Positions 10,909 to 19,462 of a stretch of 64,000 nt of DNA are shown here, one piece after another. This DNA is from an uncultured Arcobacter sp. GTDB lineage: Bacteria; Campylobacterota; Campylobacteria; Campylobacterales; Arcobacteraceae. Made by a program: the position numbers and the translations under genes. Where the stretch lies: the NCBI GenBank assembly GCA_965140705.1, contig OZ223300.1, positions 896,001-960,000 on the forward strand, given 5' to 3'. How positions within the stretch are numbered: position 1 is the stretch's first letter; the number at the start of each line of letters is the position of its first letter. A model generated the notes under the pieces. The model saw nothing but the letters and a program-made list of their open reading frames with translations. It was not told the origin of the DNA and searched no databases.

Positions 10909-11703
10909 TTATAGAACAAAATTGCTGTTTTGTTTAAAATCATTGGGAGTATACCCATATATTTTTTTAAAACTTCTAATTAAATGTGATTGGTCAGAAA
11001 AACCTGTAGAATATGCAGCACTTGAAATATTCATCCCCTCTAAAATTAAGTTTTTACTTTTCTCAATTCTTTGAGTTAAAATATATTGGTGGGGTGTAAT
11101 ACCCATAGAGTTTTTAAAAACTCTTAAAAAATGATATTTACTTATATTTGAATTTATTGCTAAATCATTTAATGAAATATTACTATCTAATCTATCTTTA
11201 ATATAGTAAATTGAGTTATTAATAATTTCATTATTATTAAATGAAAAATCATATTTTTTAGTTCCCTGTACATAGTTCTTAATTAAATATGATAATGCAT
11301 TTATCATATTTGTTTCAATAATCATTTTATCTTCATTATTGTATATGCTAATAAAAAATTTTAAAAGTAAATTATAAAGGTTTATGTCATTTATTATGTG
11401 TTCAGCAAAAATAGGAATTTTTTTTTCAAAAAAGATTTGCTCATAAACTTCACTTACTAGTTCTATACTTGGATAAAAATTTGTATATTTCCAAGAATTT
11501 GAATCTCCGCTATGCACTTCACCAGGATTTATAATTTTTGAAGATTGTTTATATGAATAAATTATTTTCTTTTCGTATCTTGATTTAAATATACCATCAT
11601 GTGTTAATCCAATAGTATAAGTATTATGAAAATGTTTTGAAAACTCTCCATTAGAATGATGAATATTCTCAAAAATTGTTTTATTTAAAGTTTCTAGTTT
11701 CAT
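10909..11703 (-). CDS. AraC family transcriptional regulator
   Basis: N-terminal cupin HFHNTY and C-terminal GFSDQSHLIRSFKKIYGYTP. Confidence 0.95.
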   Translation of the reverse strand: MKLETLNKTIFENIHHSNGEFSKHFHNTYTIGLTHDGIFKSRYEKKIIYSYKQSSKIINPGEVHSGDSNSWKYTNFYPSIELVSEVYEQIFFEKKIPIFAEHIINDINLYNLLLKFFISIYNNEDKMIIETNMINALSYLIKNYVQGTKKYDFSFNNNEIINNSIYYIKDRLDSNISLNDLAINSNISKYHFLRVFKNSMGITPHQYILTQRIEKSKNLILEGMNISSAAYSTGFSDQSHLIRSFKKIYGYTPNDFKQNSNFVL

Positions 11704-11749
11704 GCATAATTATATCTAAAAAGAGAAAAGAAAGAATAGAAGAAAATTG

Positions 11750-12322
11750 CTATTTGAATAATTCTTCTAATGTTTCTTTTATTTTAGCTGGGTCTGAAAA
11801 ATGGTCAACTTTCGCTATAAATTTTCCGCTTTTATCAAATATATAGATAAATGAAGTATGTGAAACTGAATAACCCATTGCTGAGCCCTTTAAATATACT
11901 TTTTTATAATATGTTTTATATCTAGATGTAATATCATCAATATTTTCTTTTGTAGAAGTTGCACCTATAAAGTTTGGATGGAAGTATTGGGCATACTCTT
12001 TTAAGTTCTTAAGTGTATCTCTATCTGGATCTACACTTATAAATAAGCCTACAAAGTCTTTTGTTTTTTCTTTTGGAAAGCTATTTAATGCTTGTGCTAA
12101 TGAACTTAATGAAGTAGGGCAAACATCAGGACAAAAAGTATAACCAAAATAGACAGCTAGATATTTTCCTTTGAAGCTATCTTTTGTAACTACTCCATCA
12201 ATCGTATTTACTTTGAAATCATATTGTTTGTGTTCTTTATAATCTTGCACATAGGGTTTAGCTATAATAATTATTGCGATTGCGATTGCTATTGCAATCA
12301 AAATTTTGAAAATTTTATTCAT
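11750..12322 (-). CDS. SCO1/SenC copper chaperone
   Basis: FGYTFCPDVCP (CxxxC), VDPDRD and conserved His (VSHTS). Confidence 0.95.
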   Translation of the reverse strand: MNKIFKILIAIAIAIAIIIIAKPYVQDYKEHKQYDFKVNTIDGVVTKDSFKGKYLAVYFGYTFCPDVCPTSLSSLAQALNSFPKEKTKDFVGLFISVDPDRDTLKNLKEYAQYFHPNFIGATSTKENIDDITSRYKTYYKKVYLKGSAMGYSVSHTSFIYIFDKSGKFIAKVDHFSDPAKIKETLEELFK

Positions 12323-12813
12323 TATCTACCTGTCTTAAATTGGAATCGAGCTCCAATAGTTTTATTTATTTTTTCAATTCTTATATCTGCATTCCATTCC
12401 ATATTTCCAACTGGACATGTGGGAAGAGTACCCTCTGCCTCATAGTTTCCATTTCCTAGATTTTTAATTGGTAAGTTAAAATCACCCATGAACATATTTG
12501 TTGCATATATATTTAAATGTAAATTTTTTAATTCTTTGTTACTACTTTTGATTTCAAATTTAATTGATTGCATTAGTGGAATTGATTTTGGGTTTATGCT
12601 TAATTCAAAAGTTGTACCATCTTGAATTTTTACACTACAAGAACTTTTGTGTAAATCACAGCTTGAATCTTGTGTTACAAACTTTGCTTCACCTTTAAGA
12701 GATTGATAAAGTGAAGAAAAGTCTATTAAAAAATATCCTGCAACAATTAAAAGTACAATTGCTATTTGTAGTATTGCACTTTTTAAATTGTTAGTTTTTT
12801 TTTCTTGTGGCAT
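12322..12813 (-). CDS. Membrane-anchored hypothetical protein of Sco/PCuAC clusters (possibly YtkA/FixH-like)
   Basis: TM helix, CDLHKSSC, NMFMG and LPTC motifs; its stop codon overlaps the sco start. Confidence 0.7.
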   Translation of the reverse strand: MPQEKKTNNLKSAILQIAIVLLIVAGYFLIDFSSLYQSLKGEAKFVTQDSSCDLHKSSCSVKIQDGTTFELSINPKSIPLMQSIKFEIKSSNKELKNLHLNIYATNMFMGDFNLPIKNLGNGNYEAEGTLPTCPVGNMEWNADIRIEKINKTIGARFQFKTGR

Positions 12814-12816
12814 TAG

Positions 12817-13311
12817 TTAGTTACTTCCACATTTCCCTGTACCACAACTCATACCTTTTTTCATACTCTTTTTCATATCTTTTTTCATCATTCCATCCAT
12901 TACAGTTTTTACAGGAATAGTTATAGTTTTATTTTCTCCATTTGAAAAATCAAGAGTAATAGTTACATTTTCTTTCTCTTTTAATGGCTTATGAAGTCCT
13001 ATTAACATAACATGAAATCCACCTGGTTTAAGTGCTGTTTCTCCATTTGCAGGAATATCAATTTTAGGAACTTGGTACATCTTCATTACACCATCTGTCA
13101 TACTATGTGTATGAAGTTCAACCACTTTTGAAACATCAGATGTAGCTTTTACAAGAGCTATATTTTTATCTGTTTTATTTTCAATAGTCATAAATGCAGC
13201 CGAATTTGGAAGTCCAGGAGGTGTTGCTCTAACATATGCATCTTTAACTTCAATATCTGAAGCAAATAGTGTTGATACACTAAGTAGTGCTAAAAGAAGA
13301 AATTTTTTCAT
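12817..13311 (-). CDS. Periplasmic copper chaperone PCu(A)C
   Basis: ELHTH...MKM...LKPGGFHVML Cu motif and signal peptide. Start moved to ATG 13311 (AAGG RBS). Confidence 0.93.
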   Translation of the reverse strand: MKKFLLLALLSVSTLFASDIEVKDAYVRATPPGLPNSAAFMTIENKTDKNIALVKATSDVSKVVELHTHSMTDGVMKMYQVPKIDIPANGETALKPGGFHVMLIGLHKPLKEKENVTITLDFSNGENKTITIPVKTVMDGMMKKDMKKSMKKGMSCGTGKCGSN

Positions 13312-13353
13312 TTTATACCTTTTTTTGATTTCCAAAATTTTATAATTTAAGTG

Positions 13354-14643
13354 TTAATTATTTGTTAAATCCTTTTTCAAAGTAATTAGTAATACTCCAA
13401 TTACAGCTGCAATAAACGAAGCTATGAATATTCCTAATTTAACAGCGGAGATTATACTTTCATCTAAAAAGGCAAGGTGAGTTATGAAAATAGACATTGT
13501 AAATCCAATTCCTCCTAAAAATCCAACTGCAAGGATTTCATACCATGAGATATTGTCTGTTTTTTTTACTAGCTTTAGTTTAGTTGCTAAATATGTAAAT
13601 CCAAATATTCCTATTGGCTTACCAATAATTAAACCAAATACAACACCTAATACAATCATTAAGTTTGCATTTATTCCAGAAAAATCTATTAGTACTCCCG
13701 CATTTGAAAATGCAAATAAAGGCATAATAAAATATGCTGAAAGTCCATGTAAACTATGTTCTAATCGCATAAGAGGATTTTGTACTTTATCATAGTTATC
13801 AGCAATATTTTCCAAAGCATCAATTTGATGATGGTTTAAAATAGGTATAGGGTCAATATGATTTTCAAATTCGACTATATCTTTTTTTGTATCTTCAATA
13901 AATGCATTTTCACCAATCTTTGATCTTATAGGAATAGCAAAGGCTAATAAAACACCTGCAACAGTTGCATGAATTCCAATTGCATGAATATAAATCCATA
14001 GAGCAATACCAAGGATTAAATAAGGTAATAATTTAGTTACACCTTTTACATTTAAAGCCCAAATTAAAGCATAAATTACACCTGCATGTAAAAAATACTC
14101 AGTATGAATTTCACTTGTATAAACAGTAGCTACAACTAAAACGGCACCTAGGTCATCAACAACTGCAAGAGCTACTAAAAATAGTTTTAATGCTGGATTT
14201 ACTTTTTTACCTAAAAGCATCAAAATACCTAAGGCAAATGCAATATCTGTAGCCATAGGAATACCAAATCCTAATGGATTATTTGTGTTTAATGCTACAT
14301 AAATAAGTGCAGGAATAATCATTCCACCAAGTGCTGCAATGATTGGAAATAAAGCCTTACTTACAGATGAAAGTTCCCCTACTAACATCTCTCTTTTTAT
14401 CTCTAATCCAACCATTAAAAAGAATAGTGCCATAAGTGCATCATCTATCCAATAAGTTAAAGTCATAGAAATACTATGTTCACCTAAGTTTATTCCCAAT
14501 GGCATATGCCATAAGTCATAATATGCTTGTCCTAAACTAGAATTAGCAACTATTACAGCTGCTACTGTTGCTAAAAAAAGAAGTATTCCACTAAGGGCTT
14601 CTTTATTTATAAATTTGTCTAAAGTGACAAGTTTTTTAATCAT
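13354..14643 (-). CDS. nhaA: Na+/H+ antiporter NhaA
   Basis: GLEIKRE, PMATDIAFALG, AVVDDLGA, GKPIGI and GIGFTMSIFI. Confidence 0.97.
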   Translation of the reverse strand: MIKKLVTLDKFINKEALSGILLFLATVAAVIVANSSLGQAYYDLWHMPLGINLGEHSISMTLTYWIDDALMALFFLMVGLEIKREMLVGELSSVSKALFPIIAALGGMIIPALIYVALNTNNPLGFGIPMATDIAFALGILMLLGKKVNPALKLFLVALAVVDDLGAVLVVATVYTSEIHTEYFLHAGVIYALIWALNVKGVTKLLPYLILGIALWIYIHAIGIHATVAGVLLAFAIPIRSKIGENAFIEDTKKDIVEFENHIDPIPILNHHQIDALENIADNYDKVQNPLMRLEHSLHGLSAYFIMPLFAFSNAGVLIDFSGINANLMIVLGVVFGLIIGKPIGIFGFTYLATKLKLVKKTDNISWYEILAVGFLGGIGFTMSIFITHLAFLDESIISAVKLGIFIASFIAAVIGVLLITLKKDLTNN

Positions 14644-14655
14644 TAATATTCCTTT

Positions 14656-15021
14656 TTATAAACAATTTGGACATATTCCTTTTATAATTATATTCTCGAT
14701 TTTGTGATTTATTAATTTAAAGTTAAAGTCCTCATGAAGGCATTCTATTTTAGAACAATTAGTACATATAAAGTGTGCATGCTTACTTTTTTTCATTTCA
14801 AAATATCTTTTTTTATCATTTGACTCAAAGGAGTCAATAATATTTTCTTCTTCAAATTTAGTGATATTTCTGTAAAAAGTAGCTTTATCCATATTGATTG
14901 AAAATTTTATTTCTTCATAACACAAAGGTTTAGAAGAGTTAGAAAGTACTTCTAATATCGCTTTTCTCGAGGTTGTAAGTTTAATATTTTTATCTTGAAA
15001 TAATTCGTTTATATTGTCCAT
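14656..15021 (-). CDS. Fur-family regulator, probably Zur-like
   Basis: TTSRKAIL, ATFYRNI, HAHFICTNC and CPNC. Divergent from a ZnuA-like gene. Confidence 0.88.
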   Translation of the reverse strand: MDNINELFQDKNIKLTTSRKAILEVLSNSSKPLCYEEIKFSINMDKATFYRNITKFEEENIIDSFESNDKKRYFEMKKSKHAHFICTNCSKIECLHEDFNFKLINHKIENIIIKGICPNCL

Positions 15022-15044
15022 ATATAATTATAACATATGAAACT

Positions 15045-15059
15045 TGCAACTAAGTTGCG
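15045..15059. promoter_or_regulatory. Palindromic operator 1 (TGCAAC-N3-GTTGCG)
   Basis: TGCAACTAAGTTGCG in the divergent intergenic region. Confidence 0.75.
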
Positions 15060-15090
15060 TCAAAGCAAAATATAACTAAAATTCTGAAAA

Positions 15091-15105
15091 TGCAACTTTG
15101 TTGCA
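15091..15105. promoter_or_regulatory. Palindromic operator 2 (TGCAAC-N3-GTTGCA)
   Basis: TGCAACTTTGTTGCA, a perfect 6-3-6 palindrome just upstream of the znuA RBS. Confidence 0.8.
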
Positions 15106-15124
15106 GTAAAATAAGGACTATTAA

Positions 15125-15988
15125 ATGAAAAAAATCTTTTATATATTTTTAATAATATGCTCATCGCTTTACGCACAAAAAACTGTTACTGTAAGTATCT
15201 TACCACAAAAATATTTTGTAGAAAAAATAGCAAAAGATAAAGTAAAAATAAATGTTATGGTTCAACCTGGTTTTTCACCTGCTACATATGAACCAAAAAC
15301 TTCTCAAATGAAAGCGCTAATGAATTCTGATATATATTTTTCTATTGGTGTTCCTTTTGAAGAGTCTTGGTTAGGTAAATTTAGAAATATAAATAAAAAC
15401 ATGTTACTTGTAGATACTTCAAAAGGTATTAAAAAAAATAAAATGCTTGGACATCATCACCATGATGAAGCTGGACATGAAGAACATCATCATGAAGAGG
15501 AATCTTTAGATCCACATATTTGGTTAGATCCAATATTAGTAAAAATACAAGCAAAGAATATTTTAGATGCCCTAATAAAAGTTGATGGGGCTAATAGAAA
15601 ATTTTATTATGATAATTATAAAAGCTTTTTAGTAGAACTTGATAAGTTAAATACTAAATTGGCTAATACCTTAAAAGGGATAAAAGGTAAAAAGTTTATG
15701 GTTTTTCATCCTTCTTGGGGGTATTTTGCAAAAAGATATGATTTAGAGCAAGAGGCAGTTGAAAAAGAGGGTAAAGATCCTAAACCAAAAGAGATGATTG
15801 CTTTAATTGATGAGGCAAAAGAGGAGGGGATAAAAGTGGTATTTGTGGCTCCTCAATTTTCAAAGACGGCAGCAACTACAATCGCTGAAAATATTGGTGG
15901 AAGTGTTATTGAAATAGATCCTTTATCATATAAATGGGAAGATAGTTTAATTGATATTTCAAAGAAATTGGTTAATGCATATAAATGA
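15125..15988 (+). CDS. znuA: Zinc/metal ABC substrate-binding protein (ZnuA family)
   Basis: SPATYEP, His-rich loop, DPHIWLDP and FHPSWGYF. Confidence 0.9.
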   Translation: MKKIFYIFLIICSSLYAQKTVTVSILPQKYFVEKIAKDKVKINVMVQPGFSPATYEPKTSQMKALMNSDIYFSIGVPFEESWLGKFRNINKNMLLVDTSKGIKKNKMLGHHHHDEAGHEEHHHEEESLDPHIWLDPILVKIQAKNILDALIKVDGANRKFYYDNYKSFLVELDKLNTKLANTLKGIKGKKFMVFHPSWGYFAKRYDLEQEAVEKEGKDPKPKEMIALIDEAKEEGIKVVFVAPQFSKTAATTIAENIGGSVIEIDPLSYKWEDSLIDISKKLVNAYK

Positions 15989-17409
15989 TGAAGCTAATAC
16001 TCACTCTTCTTTTTTTAACTCAAGCAGTTTTTGGATGTGCCTTATGTGCAGTATATTCACCAAAAACTAGAGTTGTTCTTGATGTAAAGACAAATGATAC
16101 TTTAATAAAAGAAATTGATGTAAAGTGGATTGTTACAAAAGCTTTTACAAAGACTTTAAATAATGTTTATGACACTAATTTAAATAATAAATTAGATAAA
16201 GATGAATTAGAAAATGTAAAAATAGCTTTTCGTAACTATGTTGAACCAAGAGATTTTTTAGTAAATATTTCTTATGGAAAAAAGATAAATAAACTAAGAT
16301 CAAATAGAATAAAAGTAAATGATTTAAGAGTTGATGTTGAAAATGGGCTTTTACATATAAGGTATAAAATATTATTAGATTACAAATTAGTAAAAGATGA
16401 TATTTTATATTTCAATACAAACGATAAAGAGGGTTATTTTATAGTTACAATTGCAGAAAATGCTGTAAAATATGATCCTACTGTATTTAAAAAAGAGACA
16501 ATTGATACAAATAGTGTAAGTTTTAAAATTATCAAAGATATAAAAGTTCCAAAGAAAGAAGAAATTACTCCCACAAAAAAAGTTGAAGTAAAAGAGAAAG
16601 TAAAAGAAACACCTAAAAATGTAGATGAGAACTATTTAACAATATTTTCAAAAAAAATAAAACAAAATCTCTTACAAATAGATAAGGGTAATACTTTTGC
16701 ATTAATAACACTTCTATTTATATCTTTTATTTATGGAATTATTCATGCTATGGGACCAGGTCATGGAAAATCATTGGCATTCTCATATTTTATGAGTAAT
16801 AAAAGTTCTTACACAAGGGCTTTCATTATCTCACAATTAGCAGCATTTATTCATATAATAGGGGCCTTAATTCTTGTATTAATATCAGTATTTTTAATAT
16901 CTACTTTTTTAAATAGTTTTGTTGATGATTCAATAAAAATGATTACTAAATTAACTGCTGTATTTATTATGTTATTAGCTGTATTTATTTTGTATAAAAA
17001 AATAAAAAATAAAAACTCTTCTTGTCCTACTTGTTGTGCACACCATGGGCATGAGCACACTCATGAACATAATCACGACCACGACCATGAACATGGTCAT
17101 GAAGATGAGAAAAAAATGAAAAAACAAGATTTATTTTTTGTTTTAACAGCGGGAATTATCCCTTGTCCTGGTACTGTTGTCTTGTTTTTATATGCTTTTG
17201 TGTTAAAAACTTATTTTGCTGTTATATTAGCTTCTTTTGCTATTAGTCTAGGTATGGGATTAGTTATCTTTGCTTCTTCATTTTTAAGTTTAAATTTGAA
17301 CAAAGTATCAAGTAAAGTTGAAAAGGTAAAAAATATAATAGAAATAGCTTCTCCTATATTTATTTTTGTCTTAGGTTTATTGCTATTTTTTAATGTAAAT
17401 GTAATATAA
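15985..17409 (+). CDS. Periplasmic DUF1007-like domain fused to RcnA/NiCoT-like metal transporter
   Basis: C-half has YGIIHAMGPGHGK, a His-rich loop and GIIPCPG. N-half has a signal peptide, CALC and an EF-hand-like YDTNLNNKLDKDE. Confidence 0.82.
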   Translation: MMKLILTLLFLTQAVFGCALCAVYSPKTRVVLDVKTNDTLIKEIDVKWIVTKAFTKTLNNVYDTNLNNKLDKDELENVKIAFRNYVEPRDFLVNISYGKKINKLRSNRIKVNDLRVDVENGLLHIRYKILLDYKLVKDDILYFNTNDKEGYFIVTIAENAVKYDPTVFKKETIDTNSVSFKIIKDIKVPKKEEITPTKKVEVKEKVKETPKNVDENYLTIFSKKIKQNLLQIDKGNTFALITLLFISFIYGIIHAMGPGHGKSLAFSYFMSNKSSYTRAFIISQLAAFIHIIGALILVLISVFLISTFLNSFVDDSIKMITKLTAVFIMLLAVFILYKKIKNKNSSCPTCCAHHGHEHTHEHNHDHDHEHGHEDEKKMKKQDLFFVLTAGIIPCPGTVVLFLYAFVLKTYFAVILASFAISLGMGLVIFASSFLSLNLNKVSSKVEKVKNIIEIASPIFIFVLGLLLFFNVNVI

Positions 17410-17429
17410 ATCCTTAGGTAAGGGAGAGT

Positions 17430-19370
17430 TTAAATACTCTCCACTGTATCATCCATTTCATTTGTTTTAGTAGTATTTTCTGAATGTTCTTTTATCTTTT
17501 TCATTTTCTTTCTTTTTCTACCTTTTACATCATCTTTTCCAATAAATTCTTTTTCATTTGCATTGCTTACAACTAATTTAGATATCTCATCTGTAATCAT
17601 TGCTATTTCATTTGTTTCAGAGGCGATAGAGGCATTTTCTTGGGTTTGGCTATCTAACATTGTAACTGCATCATTAATTTGTTCAATACCACTTAATTGT
17701 TCTTTACTTGCAAACTCAATATCAGATATTAAACTCATTGTTTGAGTGATATCTTCATTTAGATTTTTATAACCATTTATCATATTATCAGCTATCTCTT
17801 TTCCTTCATTTGCTTTTGATGTAGCTATTTGAACTATGTTTTTTATCTCTTTTGCTGCTTCTGCACTTCTTGTTGCAAGATTTCGCACTTCTTGTGCAAC
17901 TACTGCAAAACCTTTACCTGCCTCTCCAGCAGTTGCAGCTTCTACTGCTGCATTTAGAGATAGAATATTTGTTTGAAATGCAATTTGGTCAATAACACTA
18001 ATTGCTTCATTTATTGAAGATACTTGTTTATTTATTTCATCCATTGCTATTGTTGTTTTATTTGCTAGATGTTCTCCCTCATTAGCAGAATTTGTTACAT
18101 TGATAGATAGTTGTGACATTTTTGCAATATTGTCTGTATTGTTTCTAATATTTCCTGTGATTTGGTCAATTGCAGCTGCTGTTTCTTCTATTGATGCTGC
18201 TGCTTCATTGGAACTTGCATTCAGTTTATTTACATTTATAAGTAACATATCAGAACTCTCATCTAGTGTTAATCCATTTCTTTTATTCTCGATTAACATT
18301 TCAGTTATAGATATACCTAAATTATTTACACCACTTGCCAATTTTAATAAGTGTTCTTGTAAATTGTTTGTATTAACTTTTTCTAAATAATTGTGTTGAG
18401 TATATTTTTCTAATATATTTAAAATGTTATCAATATTTTTTTCAAGATTATTTCCCATTTTATTTAATACATTTTTTAACATATTAAGTGAAGGATTATT
18501 TGAATTATTATAAATTCTCTGTGATAAATCTCCCTGTTCAAAGTTGTCTAATACATTTATTACTTCATTTATTAATAAATTATCTTCTTCAATGCCCTTT
18601 TTTGTATTAATAATACTATCATTTACTACTTTTGCCATTTCTCCAAATTCATCTTTATTTTTATCATCTAGAAGTTCTATTTCTTCTGTTTCTTTATTTA
18701 AGTATGCAAAAAATGAAATTAAACCACTTTTAAAGTTTTTTAAAGACTTAATAATTGTTCTTGATATTAAAAAAGAAATTAAACTAAATACAAGTATAGA
18801 AACACTAGCTAATACAATTAATACAACATCTTGAAGGTATAAAGATTTTTCTTTAAATGACATAGCTTGGTCATGAATTTCATTTAATCCACCTTCTATT
18901 GATTGAACGGTACTAATCATCACTCCTGACATAGATTGTAATTCATTTGAATCATTAGTTATGCCATTATCAAGATTGTTAATTTTTGTTGATGAATACT
19001 TCTCAAATATATTTTCATATTTTTTAATATCTTTAAGTAATTCGTCAATTTGACTAGAGTCTTTTTGTAAAAAGTCTATTTTGATATTTTTTAATTTATT
19101 TACATCTTTGTATAAACTTTTGAAGGAGTCTATAACCATATCAGCAGTATCTTCATCAAGGTCACTTGAAAATTGTTTTGAAGTGATTCTTGCATGTAAA
19201 ACTCGTATTATAATTTTATCAATTTCCATTGCAGTATTTATGCTTAATTTAGCTTTAGCAGAAAAATAACTATTGGTTAATCCAGAAATTATAATAATAA
19301 TTAGAAAGAGTAAAGGGAAGAAAAGAAGCTTTCTATTTGTAGAAATTGTTGGCATTATATGTATCCTCAT
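17430..19370 (-). CDS. Methyl-accepting chemotaxis protein
   Basis: Two TMs, HAMP and MCP signalling hairpin. True start is probably ATG 19355. Confidence 0.96.
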   Translation of the reverse strand: MRIHIMPTISTNRKLLFFPLLFLIIIIISGLTNSYFSAKAKLSINTAMEIDKIIIRVLHARITSKQFSSDLDEDTADMVIDSFKSLYKDVNKLKNIKIDFLQKDSSQIDELLKDIKKYENIFEKYSSTKINNLDNGITNDSNELQSMSGVMISTVQSIEGGLNEIHDQAMSFKEKSLYLQDVVLIVLASVSILVFSLISFLISRTIIKSLKNFKSGLISFFAYLNKETEEIELLDDKNKDEFGEMAKVVNDSIINTKKGIEEDNLLINEVINVLDNFEQGDLSQRIYNNSNNPSLNMLKNVLNKMGNNLEKNIDNILNILEKYTQHNYLEKVNTNNLQEHLLKLASGVNNLGISITEMLIENKRNGLTLDESSDMLLINVNKLNASSNEAAASIEETAAAIDQITGNIRNNTDNIAKMSQLSINVTNSANEGEHLANKTTIAMDEINKQVSSINEAISVIDQIAFQTNILSLNAAVEAATAGEAGKGFAVVAQEVRNLATRSAEAAKEIKNIVQIATSKANEGKEIADNMINGYKNLNEDITQTMSLISDIEFASKEQLSGIEQINDAVTMLDSQTQENASIASETNEIAMITDEISKLVVSNANEKEFIGKDDVKGRKRKKMKKIKEHSENTTKTNEMDDTVESI

Positions 19371-19462
19371 ATATAAAATAATTTATAAGGTAACATATAA
19401 TATTTACAGAATGGTTACACTTTAAAAAAAAGTTAGAAAAATAATATTAGTGAAAGGGGAGT

